DNA from: Microthyrium microscopicum
Lineage: Eukaryota
Direction: 5' to 3'
Length of the DNA: 64,000 nucleotides
Assembly (NCBI GenBank): GCA_010405405.1
Contig: MU004239.1
Span: forward strand, 682,001 to 746,000
Part shown: one piece after another, positions 61,952 to 64,000 of the stretch
Layout: each line of letters starts with the position of its first letter
Position numbering within the stretch: position 1 is the first letter of the stretch
Position numbers and translations under genes: made by a program
The notes under the pieces: generated by a model
Database searches by the model: none
What the model was told of the DNA's origin: nothing
The model's input: only the letters and a program-made list of their open reading frames with translations

Positions 61952-63191
61952 TCAAGATTTGTCTCTCCTGGTCACTAGAGGCAAGTCAGCAATGCCTGCG
62001 GCGGAAAAAATAAATAGTTCACTTACATCTTATTTCTTTGTTGCCGAAGTCAAAGATACCCATCCACTCCTTCATAAACACTCTTCCCAATACGACAGCC
62101 ACATCTTCAAAACCTTCGCCTAATGCCCCTTCTATATGATAGACATAAGGAAAGCAAGCGCCTGCCGAGAACCACATGTAGTCCGAAGCTGCCAGGACCA
62201 GACGTCTAGGACCGCCAATGTCAATTGTAATATTTGGCAGTTCATCCAGCTTATCACATTGATACCCACGAATTGCCGCATGAAACATAAGGTATTGCTC
62301 TTGTGGAAGTAGAATTGGCCAAAATACTGTAGATAGTCCTATAAACTTGCCTTCAAACTGCCACTTTGTGTCGAGAAATGATACCGATCTGAGATTCGCC
62401 AGCCAGCTACCCACCTGGTAGCTTATGGGATTTATTGCCATTGTTGTAAAAGGTCGGCTTGGATTAGAATATTGCTCGGGTATAGCACCAAGAAGCAATT
62501 CGCCGTCTTTTTCGTATGTCGGAGGCACGAGGCTGAATAAATTTTGCTCAAGTTCGTGACTTGACGCAAGCGCCTTTAGTGGATTTCGTAGGCTCTGCTT
62601 ATCATCGGGATCGAAAGGTGACAATCCAAATACTGCATCATAACCACCGTAGAATATCCAGTCGCCTTCGATGCGATCGAAATTCAGAAATTCGACTTGC
62701 TTAGCTTGAATAGTTCCCAGGCTCACGATGTCTCTTGCCCAGGTACCTTTGAACGCTCCTGCTGCGGGAGGGTAGTATAATCTTCCCTCTTTAGAAAGAT
62801 CCCAATATGTAGTAGATTTTGCGTAGTTGAACTTGTGATGGCGTATGCATCGATCGCATTGCTTAGAGGGCACGAAAAGATCGGACCAACTTAAATCCAA
62901 GGTAACGTCGATTTCCTGCGCTGGAGTTCCTATGGTCATTCTAGCTACGAAGAGAGGGCTAAACTATAAACATGATTAGCTGTCTATCGGAGAAGCTTTC
63001 TTGGCTTATAATACGGGTATTGATATCTTCTGATTCACAGTTTCTGCAATAGAAGGCTTTAAGGGTGTTTGCTCTCCCGAATATGGCTGCGGCGACCAAA
63101 CGGTTAATGATGGTTCTCCTTGGGAGGATATGAACAGGAGCGAGAGGAGGCATAGAGCTCGCCATAGCCAGTGCCTTGGTGGCTGTAGCAT
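61952..63191 (-). CDS. Secreted pepsin-like (A1) protein with degenerate catalytic motifs, 3 exons
   Basis: Signal-like N-terminus, then IGTPAQEIDVTLDLSWSDLFVPS..C..C, DAVFGLSP, LFSL, GELLLG and VLGRVFMKEW..IFD. The second Asp motif appears as GLSTVF. Confidence 0.8.
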
Positions 63192-63470
63192 ATTGGTCCA
63201 ACTCATCGACTAGAATCAAGATTTCATCACCGTTCATTTAGTGAAGCCAAAGCTGAGAGCAGCATCGAAGTTTGCATCCTTGCGAAAATGAGGCGAAAAC
63301 CATGTTGTTGGTTTTCCGTGTTGCTGTCACCACGCCGCAATCCTTCCAAGGAATTATATTGAAAGTGCCCTTTACGCTACAGGGTCAGGTAGATCTATTA
63401 ATTACCTGTCCCTATGCAATCCTTTTGGCGTTCCCAGAAGTATACAGCAATGGGCGAATTATAGATTCCA

Positions 63471-64000
63471 TTAAGGTTGAGCTTTCAATACGGTCCAGTC
63501 GCCTTCAATCCTTCTCAGCAAGGGCAAGGTACTAGCACCTCTTTTTACAAATTGGCCATCCTCTTGGCTTCCTAAGATCTTGCCGTCTTTGAAAATCACT
63601 TTTCCTCTCAGTATAGTGATTTTGGGCCATGATTTGAATTCGACACCCTCATACGGGGAGTAGTCGCAATCTGTATGATGTGAGCAGGATGGAGACATAG
63701 TGAGCGAATTGAAAAAGATGAATTCTTCACAAAGCATGATTTTCGTTCGAAGGTGACAAACAAAAGGACTTACTATCGTGCAGGTCGCGAGCATGCTTTA
63801 GCACCATCGGCTTGAACTTATCGGCGGAGTGCCATACTACCAAGTCCGCATCTGACCCAATCTGTATGGCACCTTTCTTTGGATATAACCCATATAGCTT
63901 GGCTGGGTTCTCGGATGTCAATTCGACGAAGCGCTTCACGTCGATGCAACGCCTTCGAAGTACACCTTCAGAAAAGAGGATAGGCATGCGAGTTTCCACG
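63471..64000 (-). CDS. Dihydropyrimidinase / D-hydantoinase, 3' part (runs off the window)
   Basis: ETRMPILFSEGV...RFVELTSENPAKLYGLYPKKGAI..GSDADLVVW and H..CDYSPYEG.....WP..TILRGKV. Confidence 0.9.

Overview
Filamentous ascomycete (Pezizomycotina) genomic DNA with about 25 mostly intron-containing genes. Housekeeping genes: proline dehydrogenase, a Leu3/Sef1-type Zn2Cys6 factor, CTR9, H2A.Z, MTC1, a UPF0390 protein, Pth1 and the 3' end of a dihydropyrimidinase. Accessory genes: DUF6594, BTB, P450, ankyrin-CorA, cutinase, several secreted proteins, an esterase, an ankyrin protein, two aspartic-protease homologues and two apparent pseudogenes. Two AT-rich, RIP-like non-autonomous DNA transposon insertions are present; one is a Mutator-like element nested in the TIR of a second element. 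The most striking observation is a tandem pair of highly diverged HeLo-like-domain paralogues (33608-35556). They share an intron position and an identical C-terminal nonapeptide, DEPGGDAFG, that differs only at synonymous sites, and they sit tail-to-tail with an ankyrin-CorA gene. Also notable are two small Cys/His microprotein genes and a secreted protein with PHM/DBH-like copper-ligand motifs. All gene models and family calls were made by eye; no database searches were run.
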